60,433 bases of DNA from an uncultured Bacilli bacterium (GCA_947623685.1 CANQHF010000005.1:1-60433); one strand, 5' to 3'; counted from the stretch's first letter, positions 17,071-28,339 are shown. Notes: generated from the letters alone by a model not told the origin. Made by a program: numbers and translations.

Positions 17071-17967
17071 TCATTTTTTATTTAAAGGATGACATTTTAA
17101 GTAAACAGCTCTTAATCTTTCGTTAGATACGTGAGTATAAATCTGGGTTGATTCTAAAGATTCATGTCCTAACAATTCTTGAACGGTTCTTATATCACAT
17201 CCTTCATTTAACATATGAGTTGCAAAAGAATGCCTTAACATATGTGGTGATATATGTTTTTTTAAGGCTGCTTTTTTTACTATATCATCAATTATTTTTT
17301 CAACTCCGCGAGTTGTTATTTTATTACCTTTTTCATTAATAATTAAATATTGACAAGACGTATGGTGCTTTTGCAAGATTCTTTTTCTGCCATCATTTAA
17401 AAACAAATTTATAGCATCCAAGCAGTAATCTCCAAAAGGATCTATTCTTTGTTTACTTCCCTTACCCATTACCTTTATTTCCTTTTTATAAAAATCAATG
17501 TCATTTAATTTTATATTAACAAGCTCACTTACCCTTATTCCGGTTGCGTATAAAACTTCTAATATTAATTTATCCCTTTGTCCTAAAGGCGTATTTAAAT
17601 TAGGTATATTAAAAATTACTTCTAATTCTTCTACTCCCAAATATTTAGGTAATCTTTTTTCCTTTTTAGGTGTAGATACATACTTAAAAGGATTAGTGTT
17701 TATAAGATCATTATTAAATAAAAACTTATAAAAACTTCTTAAAGATGATAGCTTTCTTGCCACTGAATTTCTTGATAAATTTCTATTATAAAGCTCCATT
17801 AAATAACCCTTTATAAAATCATAATCCACTTTTAAATAATTCATATTTTCTTTTTTAAGATAATCTTTAAACTCATTTATATCAATTTTATAATTTTTAG
17901 ATGTGTATAAAGAATAATTTTTCTCGATTTTTAAATAATCCAAAAACTCATTTATTTTATTTTCCAT
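17071..17967 (-). CDS. tyrosine recombinase, XerC/XerD family
   Basis: ATGIRVSEL, HMLRHSFATHML, LLGHESLESTQIYTHV catalytic motifs; about 298 aa. Confidence 0.88.
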   Translation of the reverse strand: MENKINEFLDYLKIEKNYSLYTSKNYKIDINEFKDYLKKENMNYLKVDYDFIKGYLMELYNRNLSRNSVARKLSSLRSFYKFLFNNDLINTNPFKYVSTPKKEKRLPKYLGVEELEVIFNIPNLNTPLGQRDKLILEVLYATGIRVSELVNIKLNDIDFYKKEIKVMGKGSKQRIDPFGDYCLDAINLFLNDGRKRILQKHHTSCQYLIINEKGNKITTRGVEKIIDDIVKKAALKKHISPHMLRHSFATHMLNEGCDIRTVQELLGHESLESTQIYTHVSNERLRAVYLKCHPLNKK

Positions 17968-17969
17968 AA

Positions 17970-19007
17970 TTAATTAATACTCCAGTATCTTGGATCGTTA
18001 GGTCTTCGTGGCCCTAAAAAATCATCATATTCTTCATCCGCATATAAAAAATCATCAGATGGTAAAACTTTATCTTCATTAACTTTATCATTAAGGTACT
18101 TAATAAAATCTGGATTATCATATAGCGATGGTTTTTTATTTTCTTCATCAGCTACTTTTTTAACTTCTTGTTTTTCTTTATCATCTAAAAAACTAAAATT
18201 ATTTAAAATCTGGCTTGAAACAATAAACAAAATATTACTTTCATCATATTTTTTTTTATGTTTTGAATATAACGAAAAGTTAAGTTCTTTTCTTCTTAAA
18301 TCAGCTAAAGAAATAAACTGATTTTTTCCATATTTATCTTGGTTTAACATCACTTTATAATCCGTTTTAAATAATTTATTTTTTGTCACATCTTTTAAAT
18401 AAAGTCCTAATTCTTGAAATTTTCTATAATTTTTATATATGTTATTTACAAAAATATCAATGTTTTTCTTAAATAAAAACAAATCTTGCCAAGGATATGA
18501 TACCTTTTCATAATCTTTATCATAATAATATTCATTTAATCTTTCTTTTCTTCGATTTTCAATCATATATGAATCCGTAGGAAAAAATGATTTAAAATTT
18601 TCGCTTATATATTTAATTACTTTCATTTTTTCTTCTGGAATATTATTTTTTATTATATCATCAATTGTTATCATATAATTATATAAAATTGTCTTTAAAT
18701 CTTTTTCTTTTGCTAACACCACGTCTTCATCATCTTTTAACAAAACTTTTATGTTTGTTTTTCTATTATTAATCGTTCTTATTGATAAACAATTAGAAGT
18801 CATATTTCTTTTAATAAACGCGCAAATTCTTTGAATTTTTTCATTATTTTTATTTAATTTTGCGACCGAATTAATCAAATGATTACAATCATTACAATAA
18901 GACGTATATAATTGAAGTGATTTTAAATCAAGCGTTACCAAAGGGTATGTTTTTATTCCTTCTTCTAAATCTAAATCAACGCATAAAATATATTCATCAT
19001 TTTTCAT
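17970..19007 (-). CDS. hypothetical protein; N-terminal domain paralogous to 19102..19848
   Basis: ATG at 19007 with AGGTGA SD; YPLVTLDLKSLQLYTSYCND resembles YPIISLSLKDMDLYTSCYKD of the neighbouring gene; stop is 2 nt from the xer start. Confidence 0.55.
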   Translation of the reverse strand: MKNDEYILCVDLDLEEGIKTYPLVTLDLKSLQLYTSYCNDCNHLINSVAKLNKNNEKIQRICAFIKRNMTSNCLSIRTINNRKTNIKVLLKDDEDVVLAKEKDLKTILYNYMITIDDIIKNNIPEEKMKVIKYISENFKSFFPTDSYMIENRRKERLNEYYYDKDYEKVSYPWQDLFLFKKNIDIFVNNIYKNYRKFQELGLYLKDVTKNKLFKTDYKVMLNQDKYGKNQFISLADLRRKELNFSLYSKHKKKYDESNILFIVSSQILNNFSFLDDKEKQEVKKVADEENKKPSLYDNPDFIKYLNDKVNEDKVLPSDDFLYADEEYDDFLGPRRPNDPRYWSIN

Positions 19008-19101
19008 AAAATCACCTACTACAATATTAATGGTATCATTTAATATTACTTTAGTCAATTTTAAAAGAAAAAATACCATCACTTTGATGATACATTCTTC
19101 T

Positions 19102-19848
19102 TTATTTATAATTTGACATATAATTTTTTAATGATTCTTTACAACCTAAGTTAATCAAATTTAATGAAATTTCATTTTTTCTTGAATTTATTTTTTCATT
19201 TGAAATTAATTTTTCTTTAAATGCTTTTTTATATTCCATAGCAAGCATTCTTCTTTTTTCTGATGTTTGAAATAACTTTTTACTTAACATAAGTAAATTA
19301 TCTTTATCAGTTGCAATTGCTGCGGTTAAAACATCATCTTTTTTATAATTAACAATCCTTCTTTTAATGTCATAATCATCAATCATACACTCAATTTTAT
19401 TATTTTTAACAAACTTATTATATAAACGAGCAAAAAAATCAAGCTTTTGCTTTAATTCTAAAGACACGTTTGTTTTAAGTAGTGATTTTTGATATTCATC
19501 AAAGGTCATTAGTTTATTTAAAATGGCATCTTCTAACTCTTCTTCATTAGCATACAAAGCATCTATATCATAATTAAAAATAATATCTATTACCGTTTTA
19601 TTTTCTTCATCCATTATGTAAAGTCTGTCATTTAACGAAGACGCTTTATCCAAATTAATTTCATAACTTAATTCTTGCGTTATAAAATCTTTTACTTCAG
19701 AAGGTAAATTATTAAAAAAATCCATAGAATCTTTATAACAACTAGTGTATAAATCCATATCTTTTAAACTTAATGATATTATTGGATAATCAAATTCTTT
19801 TTTTTCTTTATTTTTACCCTTAAAATAAAGAGTATATTTCTTTGTCAT
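19102..19848 (-). CDS. hypothetical protein; paralogous N-terminal domain
   Basis: ORF with aaaggtaggt SD and a TTGACT-N18-TATTAT (TG-extended) promoter upstream. Confidence 0.55.
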   Translation of the reverse strand: MTKKYTLYFKGKNKEKKEFDYPIISLSLKDMDLYTSCYKDSMDFFNNLPSEVKDFITQELSYEINLDKASSLNDRLYIMDEENKTVIDIIFNYDIDALYANEEELEDAILNKLMTFDEYQKSLLKTNVSLELKQKLDFFARLYNKFVKNNKIECMIDDYDIKRRIVNYKKDDVLTAAIATDKDNLLMLSKKLFQTSEKRRMLAMEYKKAFKEKLISNEKINSRKNEISLNLINLGCKESLKNYMSNYK

Positions 19849-19914
19849 ATATACCTACCTTTACTTTACGATAATAACACTTTTTATATTATAAAGTCAA
19901 ATTAAAAAAGGCCC

Positions 19915-20388
19915 TTATAAGAGCTTATTTTTCTTAAAAACAAACAATTTATTAGTAATGTAATTATACATAAACATAATAAAAGAAGCTAATACTTTAG
20001 CGGTCATATTACCAATTTTAAACTCTTTTATTAAAAAAGATAAAACTAAAGAATCAAGTGGAAAACCAATTACTCTTATTATGACAAAAGAAAGGATTTG
20101 AAATAATTTTTTTCTTTTACTTTTAGGATTTGATTTAAATATTTTTTGATCTAAAATAAATAAAACCGTAAAAGATATGGTATATGAAACAAAGTTTGCC
20201 AATAAATAATTTCCATTTGTAATCAAATCAACGATAAAAAATAATACGTATAAAATTATGGTACAAAAAAAAGATACTAAGCAATATTTAATAAACTCTT
20301 CGTTTTTTATGTAAAATTTCTCTAACTTTGTTTTTTTTCTAAATATATTACCAAATATATTTTTTTTCTTATTTTTAAACAACTTCAT
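19915..20388 (-). CDS. GtrA-family membrane protein
   Basis: Four predicted TM helices, size about 157 aa, C-terminal YNYITNKLFVFKK typical of GtrA-like proteins; ATG at 20388 with AAGGA SD. Confidence 0.6.
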   Translation of the reverse strand: MKLFKNKKKNIFGNIFRKKTKLEKFYIKNEEFIKYCLVSFFCTIILYVLFFIVDLITNGNYLLANFVSYTISFTVLFILDQKIFKSNPKSKRKKLFQILSFVIIRVIGFPLDSLVLSFLIKEFKIGNMTAKVLASFIMFMYNYITNKLFVFKKNKLL

Positions 20389-20456
20389 GATAAATCCTTT
20401 CAAAAGCAAATAAATTATATCATAAAAAACAAATACATACAAATTAAAAGAAGCAA

Positions 20457-20717
20457 TTACCTTGCTTCTACGATTAACTTAATAGCGGTTCTTTCTTCCC
20501 CTTCAATTACTATGTCAGTAAAAGCTGGGATGCAAACTAAATTTTTACCTGATGGAGCAACAAAACCCCTAGCAATCGCGATGGCTTTTATCGCTTGGTT
20601 TAACGCTCCCGCTCCAATTGCCTGAATTTCTACTGAACCTTTTTCTCTAAATACGTTTGCAAGTGCTCCTGCAACACTACTTGGGTTTGACTTTGATGAA
20701 ACTTTAAGTGTTTCCAT
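20457..20717 (-). CDS. spoVS: stage V sporulation protein S
   Basis: METLKVSSKSNPSSVAGALA...IQAIGAGALNQAIKAIAIARGF: near-canonical SpoVS sequence, 86 aa. Confidence 0.92.
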   Translation of the reverse strand: METLKVSSKSNPSSVAGALANVFREKGSVEIQAIGAGALNQAIKAIAIARGFVAPSGKNLVCIPAFTDIVIEGEERTAIKLIVEAR

Positions 20718-20825
20718 GTTTATTTCCTCCTTAATATTTTAGTCATTATAAATATATGAAAAAAATAAACAAAAATAACTATTTTAATTTTTAAGTTATG
20801 TATAAAAAAAGTAAAGATACTATCT

Positions 20826-21326
20826 TTACTGATTAAACAAATCAATTACTTCTGATAAATGAGTTATCTCTGGTAAGTCTTTGTTTTCTAATTCTTTTAC
20901 AAACTTAATTCCAATACCAAGTTTTTTTTGCCACTGTTTAATATTACCAGAATAATCATCTATTAAAATGGCACCTGATGCGTTTACCACGTCTGTTTTA
21001 GGAATTTCTTTTGGAACTGAAACAACGGTTACCTGTGGTAATTTTTTATGTAAATATTTTATTTTTTCTATCATCTCATTAATTGAATTAACATGAGTTA
21101 GGATGTATACGTTAAATTTTTTAGATGCACAAATTTTCTTTATTTCGTTTATGCTATCATTAATTTCTTCAGTTTCTTCTATTAATTTTTTCCAATCAAC
21201 GTTACAATAATAATCCATTACCTTTTTTTCATCTTTTATATCAATTCCTAATTTATCCATTTCTTCATAAGTTTTTGAAATGGTATCTAAAATTACCCCA
21301 TCAAAGTCTATGTATAACTGTTTCAT
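20826..21326 (-). CDS. HAD-superfamily hydrolase (5'(3')-nucleotidase-like)
   Basis: DFDGVILDT motif I at the N-terminus, LIDD motif near the C-terminus. Confidence 0.55.
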   Translation of the reverse strand: MKQLYIDFDGVILDTISKTYEEMDKLGIDIKDEKKVMDYYCNVDWKKLIEETEEINDSINEIKKICASKKFNVYILTHVNSINEMIEKIKYLHKKLPQVTVVSVPKEIPKTDVVNASGAILIDDYSGNIKQWQKKLGIGIKFVKELENKDLPEITHLSEVIDLFNQ

Positions 21327-21993
21327 TTTCTAACTCCTTCCATCTTGGTAATAATTTAAACTCTAACCTTTCATTTGTTATTGGATGATTAAATGATAAT
21401 TTATATGCGAAAAGTCTTATTTGTTCTTTATTTTTAATACCGTATAACTGATCACCATATAAAGGATAACCAATGTTTTTAAACTGCAACCTTATTTGGT
21501 GATGACGCCCTGTTATAAGATTAATCTTAACTATCGTTTTATCATCAAAATATCCAACTACTTCATAAGTTAATTTAGATAACTTAGAATTTGGATAATT
21601 TTCATCTACTATCATACTTGTTTTCGTCTTTTCATCCTTATATAAATAATTTACAAGCTCACCACTATCTTTATTTAACACTTTATCTAACACCGCAAGA
21701 TAACTTTTTTTAAACTCATGATTTTTAATTTGCTCATTTAGCCTTTTGGCAGCTTTAGAAGTTCTTGCAAAAACCATAATACCACCAACTGGTCTATCAA
21801 GTCTATGAACAAGACCAATATACACGTTACCAGGCTTATTATATTTTTCTTTTATGTAACTTTTTACCATGGTTAGTAAATCAAGATCTCTCGTTATATC
21901 ACCTTGAGACAAAATATTTGGCTTTTTTTCAACCACGATAATGTGATTATCTTCGTATAAAACGTTAAGTTTATTCATCTTCCCAAAGCCCAT
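21301..21993 (-). CDS. RluA-family pseudouridine synthase
   Basis: LVHRLDRPVGGIMVFARTSKAA and GRHHQIRLQF motifs; the start may be the internal Met at 21978. Confidence 0.85.
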   Translation of the reverse strand: MGFGKMNKLNVLYEDNHIIVVEKKPNILSQGDITRDLDLLTMVKSYIKEKYNKPGNVYIGLVHRLDRPVGGIMVFARTSKAAKRLNEQIKNHEFKKSYLAVLDKVLNKDSGELVNYLYKDEKTKTSMIVDENYPNSKLSKLTYEVVGYFDDKTIVKINLITGRHHQIRLQFKNIGYPLYGDQLYGIKNKEQIRLFAYKLSFNHPITNERLEFKLLPRWKELENETVIHRL

Positions 21994-22837
21994 ATATACC
22001 GCAAGGTAAAACTAAATTACTATCCGTCATAGGAAGCCCTATCTCACCTGATGATACCTTCCCTTTGCATTTTTTATTTATCGTTATATTTAAAATATTT
22101 TCTAAAACCTTTGATGACATACCAGTTGTATATGAGTTAATTAAAAAAAATAGCGGATTATCACTTAAAACTTCTTCACATAACTTAATTAGCGGAAACA
22201 AACTTTCTTCAATGTTCCATATCTCACCATTTGCACCTTTTCCATATGATGGTGGATCCATTATGATTGCATCATATTTATTACCACGTCTTATTTCTCT
22301 TTTAACAAACTTTATGCAATCATCTACTATAAACCTAACGTATTTATCTTGTAAGTTAGATGATATTATGTTTTCTTTAGCCCATGATACCATTCCTTTG
22401 GATGAATCAACGTGAACAACATCTGCTCCAGCGTAAGCACAGGCAAGAGTTGCACCACCAGTATACGCAAATAAATTAAGTACTTTTATTTTTCGATTAC
22501 TTAATTTTATTTTATTAATCATATAATCCCAGTTAACTGCTTGTTCAGGAAATAATCCAGTATGTTTAAAACCCATTTGCTTTATGTTAAAAGTTAAATC
22601 TTTATACCTTATTTGCCATGAAGCTGGGACATTACTTATGTTTTTCCAGTTGCCCCCACCTTTATTACTTCTAATATATTTAGCATCAGCTTTATTCCAT
22701 TTTTTATCAAAGCTTTTTTCTTTCCAGATAATTTGAGGATCTGGTCTATCTAAAATATACTCGCCCCAGCGTTCTAGTTTTTTACCATCTGCCATATCAA
22801 GGATTTCATAATCTTTCCAATCATTAGCTATTTTCAA
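21971..22837 (-). CDS. class I SAM-dependent (rRNA large-subunit type) methyltransferase
   Basis: LNLFAYTGGATLA and IIMDPPSYGKG motifs; probable TTG start at 22837 (GAAGGTGG SD) giving LKIANDWKDYEILD..., rather than the ORF-track Met at 22945. Confidence 0.7.
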   Translation of the reverse strand: MKIANDWKDYEILDMADGKKLERWGEYILDRPDPQIIWKEKSFDKKWNKADAKYIRSNKGGGNWKNISNVPASWQIRYKDLTFNIKQMGFKHTGLFPEQAVNWDYMINKIKLSNRKIKVLNLFAYTGGATLACAYAGADVVHVDSSKGMVSWAKENIISSNLQDKYVRFIVDDCIKFVKREIRRGNKYDAIIMDPPSYGKGANGEIWNIEESLFPLIKLCEEVLSDNPLFFLINSYTTGMSSKVLENILNITINKKCKGKVSSGEIGLPMTDSNLVLPCGIYGLWEDE

Positions 22838-22951
22838 AAATACCACCTTCTTTAAATATTTTATCATTAATAAAACTTTTTTTAAAGAAATATGTAATTT
22901 TTTATATCTGGTTTTAAAAAAAATAATGACGCCAGAAGCCATCATTACTTT

Positions 22952-23677
22952 TTAAAACATCTTATCTACTATTAAATTATCACAATAATTAATAGCTTTT
23001 TCATAATCTTTTTTACTTTTTACGGTCCAACCTAATATTAATTTTCTTTTTCTTTTATTTTTTACATAACTATTTGGCAAAGCATTTATATCATAACTTA
23101 TAAAATCAGTTTTTAATAAAATATCTAATATAAGTGTTTTAGCTATGTTCTTTTTTAATGAATTAATATCTTTTCTTTTTTTAAAATCACTAGATAGTAG
23201 TCCCCTTATGTAATCTTTTCTATTTTTTTTAAACCATAAAATAGAAAAAATATTAAAACTTTGAATGGCAAAACTACCATTATAATTATCCAATAATTTA
23301 GATAATTCTTCTTCTAATTTACCATTATGCTTAATAACTTTAGTTTCTATTAACAAACCTACTTTACCATCTACTAACTTAAGCACTTCTGATAATAGTG
23401 GTATTTTATACTTGGTATTAAGTAAATTATAATTTAATAACTCTTTATAAGTACATTCTTCAATTACTTTTTTTACTCCACACACCCTTTTTAAGTTATT
23501 ATCATGGAACACAACTATTTTATTATCCTTGGTTAAATGAACATCTAATTCAATCGTATAGTTATTATTAATTGCTTTTTTAAATGCCAAAATACTATTT
23601 TCAGGAACATTTTTATCATTGTCGTGAAATCCGCGGTGTGCGATTAATGCTTTTTTTAAAAAATCTAAATCTTTCAT
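22952..23677 (-). CDS. glycerophosphodiester phosphodiesterase family protein
   Basis: IAHRGF..ENS..AF, IELDVHLTKDNKIVVFHD motifs; ATG at 23677 with GGAGA SD. Confidence 0.8.
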   Translation of the reverse strand: MKDLDFLKKALIAHRGFHDNDKNVPENSILAFKKAINNNYTIELDVHLTKDNKIVVFHDNNLKRVCGVKKVIEECTYKELLNYNLLNTKYKIPLLSEVLKLVDGKVGLLIETKVIKHNGKLEEELSKLLDNYNGSFAIQSFNIFSILWFKKNRKDYIRGLLSSDFKKRKDINSLKKNIAKTLILDILLKTDFISYDINALPNSYVKNKRKRKLILGWTVKSKKDYEKAINYCDNLIVDKMF

Positions 23678-23703
23678 AAATATCTCCATTATTATTTTAT
23701 TTA

Positions 23704-24369
23704 CTACTTAAAAAATAATTCAAAACATCTTGGAATATTACTTATGAACTCCATTTTTTTATTTGTTTTCGGATTTAATACCACTAATTTATTTGCATGA
23801 AGCATAAGTCTTTTTACTCCTTTATTACTAATACCATATTTAAAATCTCCTACGATTGGATGATTAATATCTTTCATATGAACTCTTATTTGATTTTTTC
23901 TTCCAGTTTCAATTGCAATATCTAACATAGAATAATTACTATTTTCTTTTATTACTTTATAGTTTGTAATAGCTAATTTCCCATTTTTTCTATCGTTTGA
24001 TGAATAAACAAATAAAGCTTTGTTTTCCTTTAAATAAGATTTTATCACATCATTTTTATTTTCTAAAACCCCGTTTACCACCGCTACATAACGTCTTTGT
24101 AAAACTATATTATTCCAATTATTTTGATACATATATTTTACGTTTTCATTTTTTGCAAACATAACAATGCCTGAAGTATCTTTATCCAGTCTATTAATTA
24201 TAAATACCTTTGCTTTCGGATTACTTTTTTTAACGTAATCTGATACTTCGTGAAACAAGGTTTTTTCTTTTTCTTTTATGGTTGATACGGTTAAAATCCC
24301 ACTAGGTTTATTAATTACTAAAATTTCTTTATCTTCATATATGATATCTAATTTCTTTTTCTTTTTCAT
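23704..24369 (-). CDS. RluA-family pseudouridine synthase
   Basis: INRLDKDTSGIVMFAKN and GRKNQIRVHM motifs. Confidence 0.85.
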   Translation of the reverse strand: MKKKKKLDIIYEDKEILVINKPSGILTVSTIKEKEKTLFHEVSDYVKKSNPKAKVFIINRLDKDTSGIVMFAKNENVKYMYQNNWNNIVLQRRYVAVVNGVLENKNDVIKSYLKENKALFVYSSNDRKNGKLAITNYKVIKENSNYSMLDIAIETGRKNQIRVHMKDINHPIVGDFKYGISNKGVKRLMLHANKLVVLNPKTNKKMEFISNIPRCFELFFK

Positions 24370-25565
24370 TATTTACCTTCACCGCGCTTTAATCTAATTA
24401 AAAGTAATGAGTAATAAACTATTATAATTGTTACTATTACTAGCAAAAATTTAAATACGAATATATTGTTAAATAAACTTACAACAAATAATATTAAGTA
24501 TCCTATTATTCTAGAAATATTTAAAAATAATTGCCAGGTAACTTGATGTTCCACTACGTAACCTTCTGATATTTTTTTATCTTCATTAATAATTTCATAA
24601 CCTTTAGTTTCCGCGGTATTCATAAGAAGTACTAAAAATACCGCATTACATAAATTATATATTATAATTGAAGTTTTATTTATGCTAATTAAAAGAATTA
24701 TAACACTAGTTACCATAGCAATGGAACTTACACATAAAATCTTCCAATTACTTTTTAATTTATATTGAAATATATATACTGAAATAATGGAACATATTGA
24801 TGCAATAGTGGTAATAATTCCTAAACTTATTGACGTTTTAAAAGTCATTACAATAAGTATCGTAATTAATGTTTCTAAAAGGTAATGCACTATTCCATCG
24901 CAACAACTTATTTTATAAATATCTTTAAATTTGGGTTTATCTTTTATAAATTTTAAGTATTCAATTAGATTATATTTTTTAGTTTTTCTATTGCCCATAT
25001 CTTTTATAAATAATGAAAAAATAAATTGAATTATTGATAATATTACTATTATTTTTGCAATATATGAAAATGATGTAATTTCAATTGTTGTTCCAAAAAT
25101 AATAGGGAAAAATATTTTCAAAGTCTTTCCTATCATAGACTTAAAAGATGTAAATCTATTTACGTTTTGTTTTGTATGATAATTAACAAGCACATGCCCT
25201 GCTGCCCAGAAAAGTCCTTGAACAATACCGTAAGTAAATCCAAGTATCATATAATAATCAATTATACGTTCTTTTAATAATGCGAGTGATAATATATATA
25301 AACAATACAAAATAATGCCACTTCTAAATATAATTATTTGGTTTTTATTCTTTACTACTTTTGCAAATGATAAAAATATAATTAAGATTCCTATAAACGA
25401 TAAAACATAGTATATAGATATGTGTTTATAATTATAATTTGTTAAAGTTATAAAATATGCAACCATAAACGTATTTAAAAACATATATAATATGTCATTA
25501 ATTAATAGTGATCCCATTAACCCTATTTCGCTTTTACTAAAGTTTTTATTTAATTCTCTTTTCAT
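24369..25565 (-). CDS. polytopic membrane protein, MFS-like transporter
   Basis: About 11-12 hydrophobic segments across 398 aa; no diagnostic motif read. Confidence 0.4.
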   Translation of the reverse strand: MKRELNKNFSKSEIGLMGSLLINDILYMFLNTFMVAYFITLTNYNYKHISIYYVLSFIGILIIFLSFAKVVKNKNQIIIFRSGIILYCLYILSLALLKERIIDYYMILGFTYGIVQGLFWAAGHVLVNYHTKQNVNRFTSFKSMIGKTLKIFFPIIFGTTIEITSFSYIAKIIVILSIIQFIFSLFIKDMGNRKTKKYNLIEYLKFIKDKPKFKDIYKISCCDGIVHYLLETLITILIVMTFKTSISLGIITTIASICSIISVYIFQYKLKSNWKILCVSSIAMVTSVIILLISINKTSIIIYNLCNAVFLVLLMNTAETKGYEIINEDKKISEGYVVEHQVTWQLFLNISRIIGYLILFVVSLFNNIFVFKFLLVIVTIIIVYYSLLLIRLKRGEGK

Positions 25566-25629
25566 ACTTAACCTCTTAGAAAGATTATATCACAAAATAA
25601 AAACAACACAAAAGTGTTGCTTTATTTCA

Positions 25630-26169
25630 TTAGTAATTTTCTTTTTTTTGTTCAAAATAACTTTGCGGATGAGCACATACTGGGCATACTTTTGGCGCTT
25701 GGTTACCAACGTATACATAACCACAATTACGGCAAATCCATACTGTTTCATTACCTTTTTTGAACACTAAATCATCATTTACGTTACCAAGTAACTTCAT
25801 ATATCTTTCTTCGTGTTCTTTTTCTATTTTTGCAACTTCTTCAAAAAGAAATGCAATTTTATCAAAACCTTCTTCTTTAGCGGTTTGGGCAAATTCTTTG
25901 TACATGCTTGTCCATTCACCATTTTCACCTTCCGCTGCTGATTTTAAATTTTCTTTTGTTGATGGAACATCACCACCATTTAATAATTTAAACCAAATTT
26001 TAGCATGTTCTTTTTCATTGTTTGCTGTTTCTGTGAAAATTTCAGAAATTTGTTCATATCCTTCTTTTTTTGCTTTACTAGCAAAATAAGTATACTTATT
26101 TCTAGCTTGACTTTCGCCTGCAAAAGCAGTCATTAAATTCTTTTCTGTTTGAGATCCTTTTAATTCCAT
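25630..26169 (-). CDS. rbr: rubrerythrin
   Basis: [30 protein letters not shown] diiron motifs, C-terminal rubredoxin CRNCG...CPVC; ATG at 26169. Confidence 0.92.
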   Translation of the reverse strand: MELKGSQTEKNLMTAFAGESQARNKYTYFASKAKKEGYEQISEIFTETANNEKEHAKIWFKLLNGGDVPSTKENLKSAAEGENGEWTSMYKEFAQTAKEEGFDKIAFLFEEVAKIEKEHEERYMKLLGNVNDDLVFKKGNETVWICRNCGYVYVGNQAPKVCPVCAHPQSYFEQKKENY

Positions 26170-26257
26170 AATTAAACTTCCTTTCTTAATTCGATTAGTA
26201 TGTATCATATTAATGATTACTCTTTTAGTATAATTTATGATTTTTATAATGTCAATA

Positions 26258-27373
26258 TTATTTACTTTGTTTAACTTCTGTTTTATCTTTTACCCACTCT
26301 TTTAAAATGGTGTATAAAACGGATGATATTGGAATGCTTACAACAACCCCGATAATTCCTAGCATACTACCGCCGATTAAGGCTGCAATCAAGGTCCATA
26401 AAGCTGGCAGACCAACTGATTTTCCAACGATTTTTGGTACTAAGATATTTTCATCTATTTGTTGTAATACAAAGAACATTACAACGTACCAAAATGCTTT
26501 AATAGGATTTGTTACCGCAATTAAAATGGCACCAACAACAAGCGTTATAAAAGCTCCTATGTAAGGAATTAACGCCGTTACCGCTAACAATACCGAAATA
26601 ATAAGGGCATATGGCATCTTTAAAATCGTCATCGTTATAAAAAATATTATACCAAGTACTATTGCATCCAAACACTGGCCAGTTAAAAAACTTGTAAACG
26701 TTACGTTGGTAAGTTTTACTATGTTTCTTATTTTTTCTACGGTTTTTTCAGGTAAAAACGCACTTAATAACATCTTCATTTGTCTTGCTAAATTTTCTTT
26801 GTCAAGTAATATGTATATTGCCAAAATAAAGCCTATGAAAAACATTAATAATTTAGATAGTAAATTAGATATGAAAGAAACTATAATAGATACCATATTA
26901 CTAGTTGTACCAAGCATTATCTCAATTATTTTCTTTACATCAACTTCCTTAATGTAATTACTAAAAGAAGGATATAAATCAGTTATCTTTTTATTTAAAT
27001 TATTTAACCAATCAATGTTAGATGGAATTATTTTTCCAATTGAGTTTATCGCCTCAATAAATTCAGGTACCACCAAAAACATCAAAAGTCCAATAATTCC
27101 AAAAATTAATATAATTGATAAAGTCAAGGATATAACGCGAATAAGTTTTCTATGCTTTCTTTTATCAATTTTAAATATCTTCTTTTCAATTTGTTTCATT
27201 GGTACGTTTATTATAAAGGCTATTGCAATACCAACGATAACTGGCATAACAAGTTTAATAATAAAACTTAATAAATCAAAGAATAATTTATAATTAAACA
27301 CAATCCATAAAATTATTCCTGCAAAAATAATTAAACTCATTATCTGTTTTTTTGTTTTTTTATTAATATTCAT
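26258..27373 (-). CDS. AI-2E family transporter (PerM/UPF0118)
   Basis: Eight-TM-type profile with PYIGAF and [11 protein letters not shown] motifs; ATG at 27373 with AGAGGTGA SD. Confidence 0.8.
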   Translation of the reverse strand: MNINKKTKKQIMSLIIFAGIILWIVFNYKLFFDLLSFIIKLVMPVIVGIAIAFIINVPMKQIEKKIFKIDKRKHRKLIRVISLTLSIILIFGIIGLLMFLVVPEFIEAINSIGKIIPSNIDWLNNLNKKITDLYPSFSNYIKEVDVKKIIEIMLGTTSNMVSIIVSFISNLLSKLLMFFIGFILAIYILLDKENLARQMKMLLSAFLPEKTVEKIRNIVKLTNVTFTSFLTGQCLDAIVLGIIFFITMTILKMPYALIISVLLAVTALIPYIGAFITLVVGAILIAVTNPIKAFWYVVMFFVLQQIDENILVPKIVGKSVGLPALWTLIAALIGGSMLGIIGVVVSIPISSVLYTILKEWVKDKTEVKQSK

Positions 27374-27394
27374 ACCGATCACCTCTACTAATAA

Positions 27395-28339
27395 TTATAA
27401 CATGTTTTTTTTCTTTAATATAATAGCAATTATAATTGATAAAACAAAGGAAAAAATAATTATTAAAATAAAGCTTATGTTTGAAGTGGCCATTTTTCCT
27501 AATGGTACGTTCATACCAATAAAAGATGCCACCATGGTAGGAATTGAAAAGACAATCGTAATTCCCGCTAAAAACTTCATTACATCATTTAAGTTATTAG
27601 AAATAATAGTTGCGTAAGTATCAGTCATACTAGTTAAAATTTCACGATATATATTAGACATTTCTATTGCTTGTTTATTTTCAATCATAGCATCTTCCAT
27701 TAAATCCATATCATCTTCATATAACTTTAATACGTTACCTTTAGAAAGTTTTTCTAAAACAACGTCATTAGCCTTAAGGGATGTTGAAAAATAAACCAAA
27801 GTCTTTTCGATGTTAAGTAAATCAATTAACTCTTTATTATCAGTTGATTTATAAAGTGTTTTTTCTTTTTTATTAATATAATTATTAATTGACGTTAACT
27901 CCTTTTGATATATTCCAGCAACCCGAAGAAGGATTTGAATAACAAATTTAGTTCTTTTTTTAATATCAAAGTTCTTAATTCTCTCATTTTTAAAATCCCC
28001 AAGTAAAGCTTGTTTTTTTAATGATATGGTAATAAAATAGCCATCATTATTTATTATTATACCTAAAGGATCCGTATTATATTTATGTTTGTATCTTGTA
28101 TCGGTTATATAAGGTGTATCAACAACTATTAATATTGCATTATCACCTTCTTCAATTCTAGGCAATTCTTCATCATCCAAAAGTTTAGTTAATAAATCTA
28201 AATCAGTATTAGTCTTTTTAGATATATCTTCTAGTTCTTCATAATTTGGATTAACTATATCTATCCAGCATCCTTTTTGTAAATTTTTTAATTCCTTAAA
28301 TTTACCTTTTTCATCCGTTGTATATATATTTATCATCAT
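27395..28339 (-). CDS. corA: CorA-family magnesium/cobalt transporter
   Basis: C-terminal two TM helices with the GMN motif (FIGMNVP). Confidence 0.88.
   Translation of the reverse strand: MMINIYTTDEKGKFKELKNLQKGCWIDIVNPNYEELEDISKKTNTDLDLLTKLLDDEELPRIEEGDNAILIVVDTPYITDTRYKHKYNTDPLGIIINNDGYFITISLKKQALLGDFKNERIKNFDIKKRTKFVIQILLRVAGIYQKELTSINNYINKKEKTLYKSTDNKELIDLLNIEKTLVYFSTSLKANDVVLEKLSKGNVLKLYEDDMDLMEDAMIENKQAIEMSNIYREILTSMTDTYATIISNNLNDVMKFLAGITIVFSIPTMVASFIGMNVPLGKMATSNISFILIIIFSFVLSIIIAIILKKKNML

Noticed and set aside
17071-17967. XerC/D-type recombinase as the integrase of the ppdK-linked islands
   Set aside because: It lies on the other (5') side of ppdK, separated by the Rpn gene, and has the typical Xer length and motifs. 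No att-like repeat links it to the islands.
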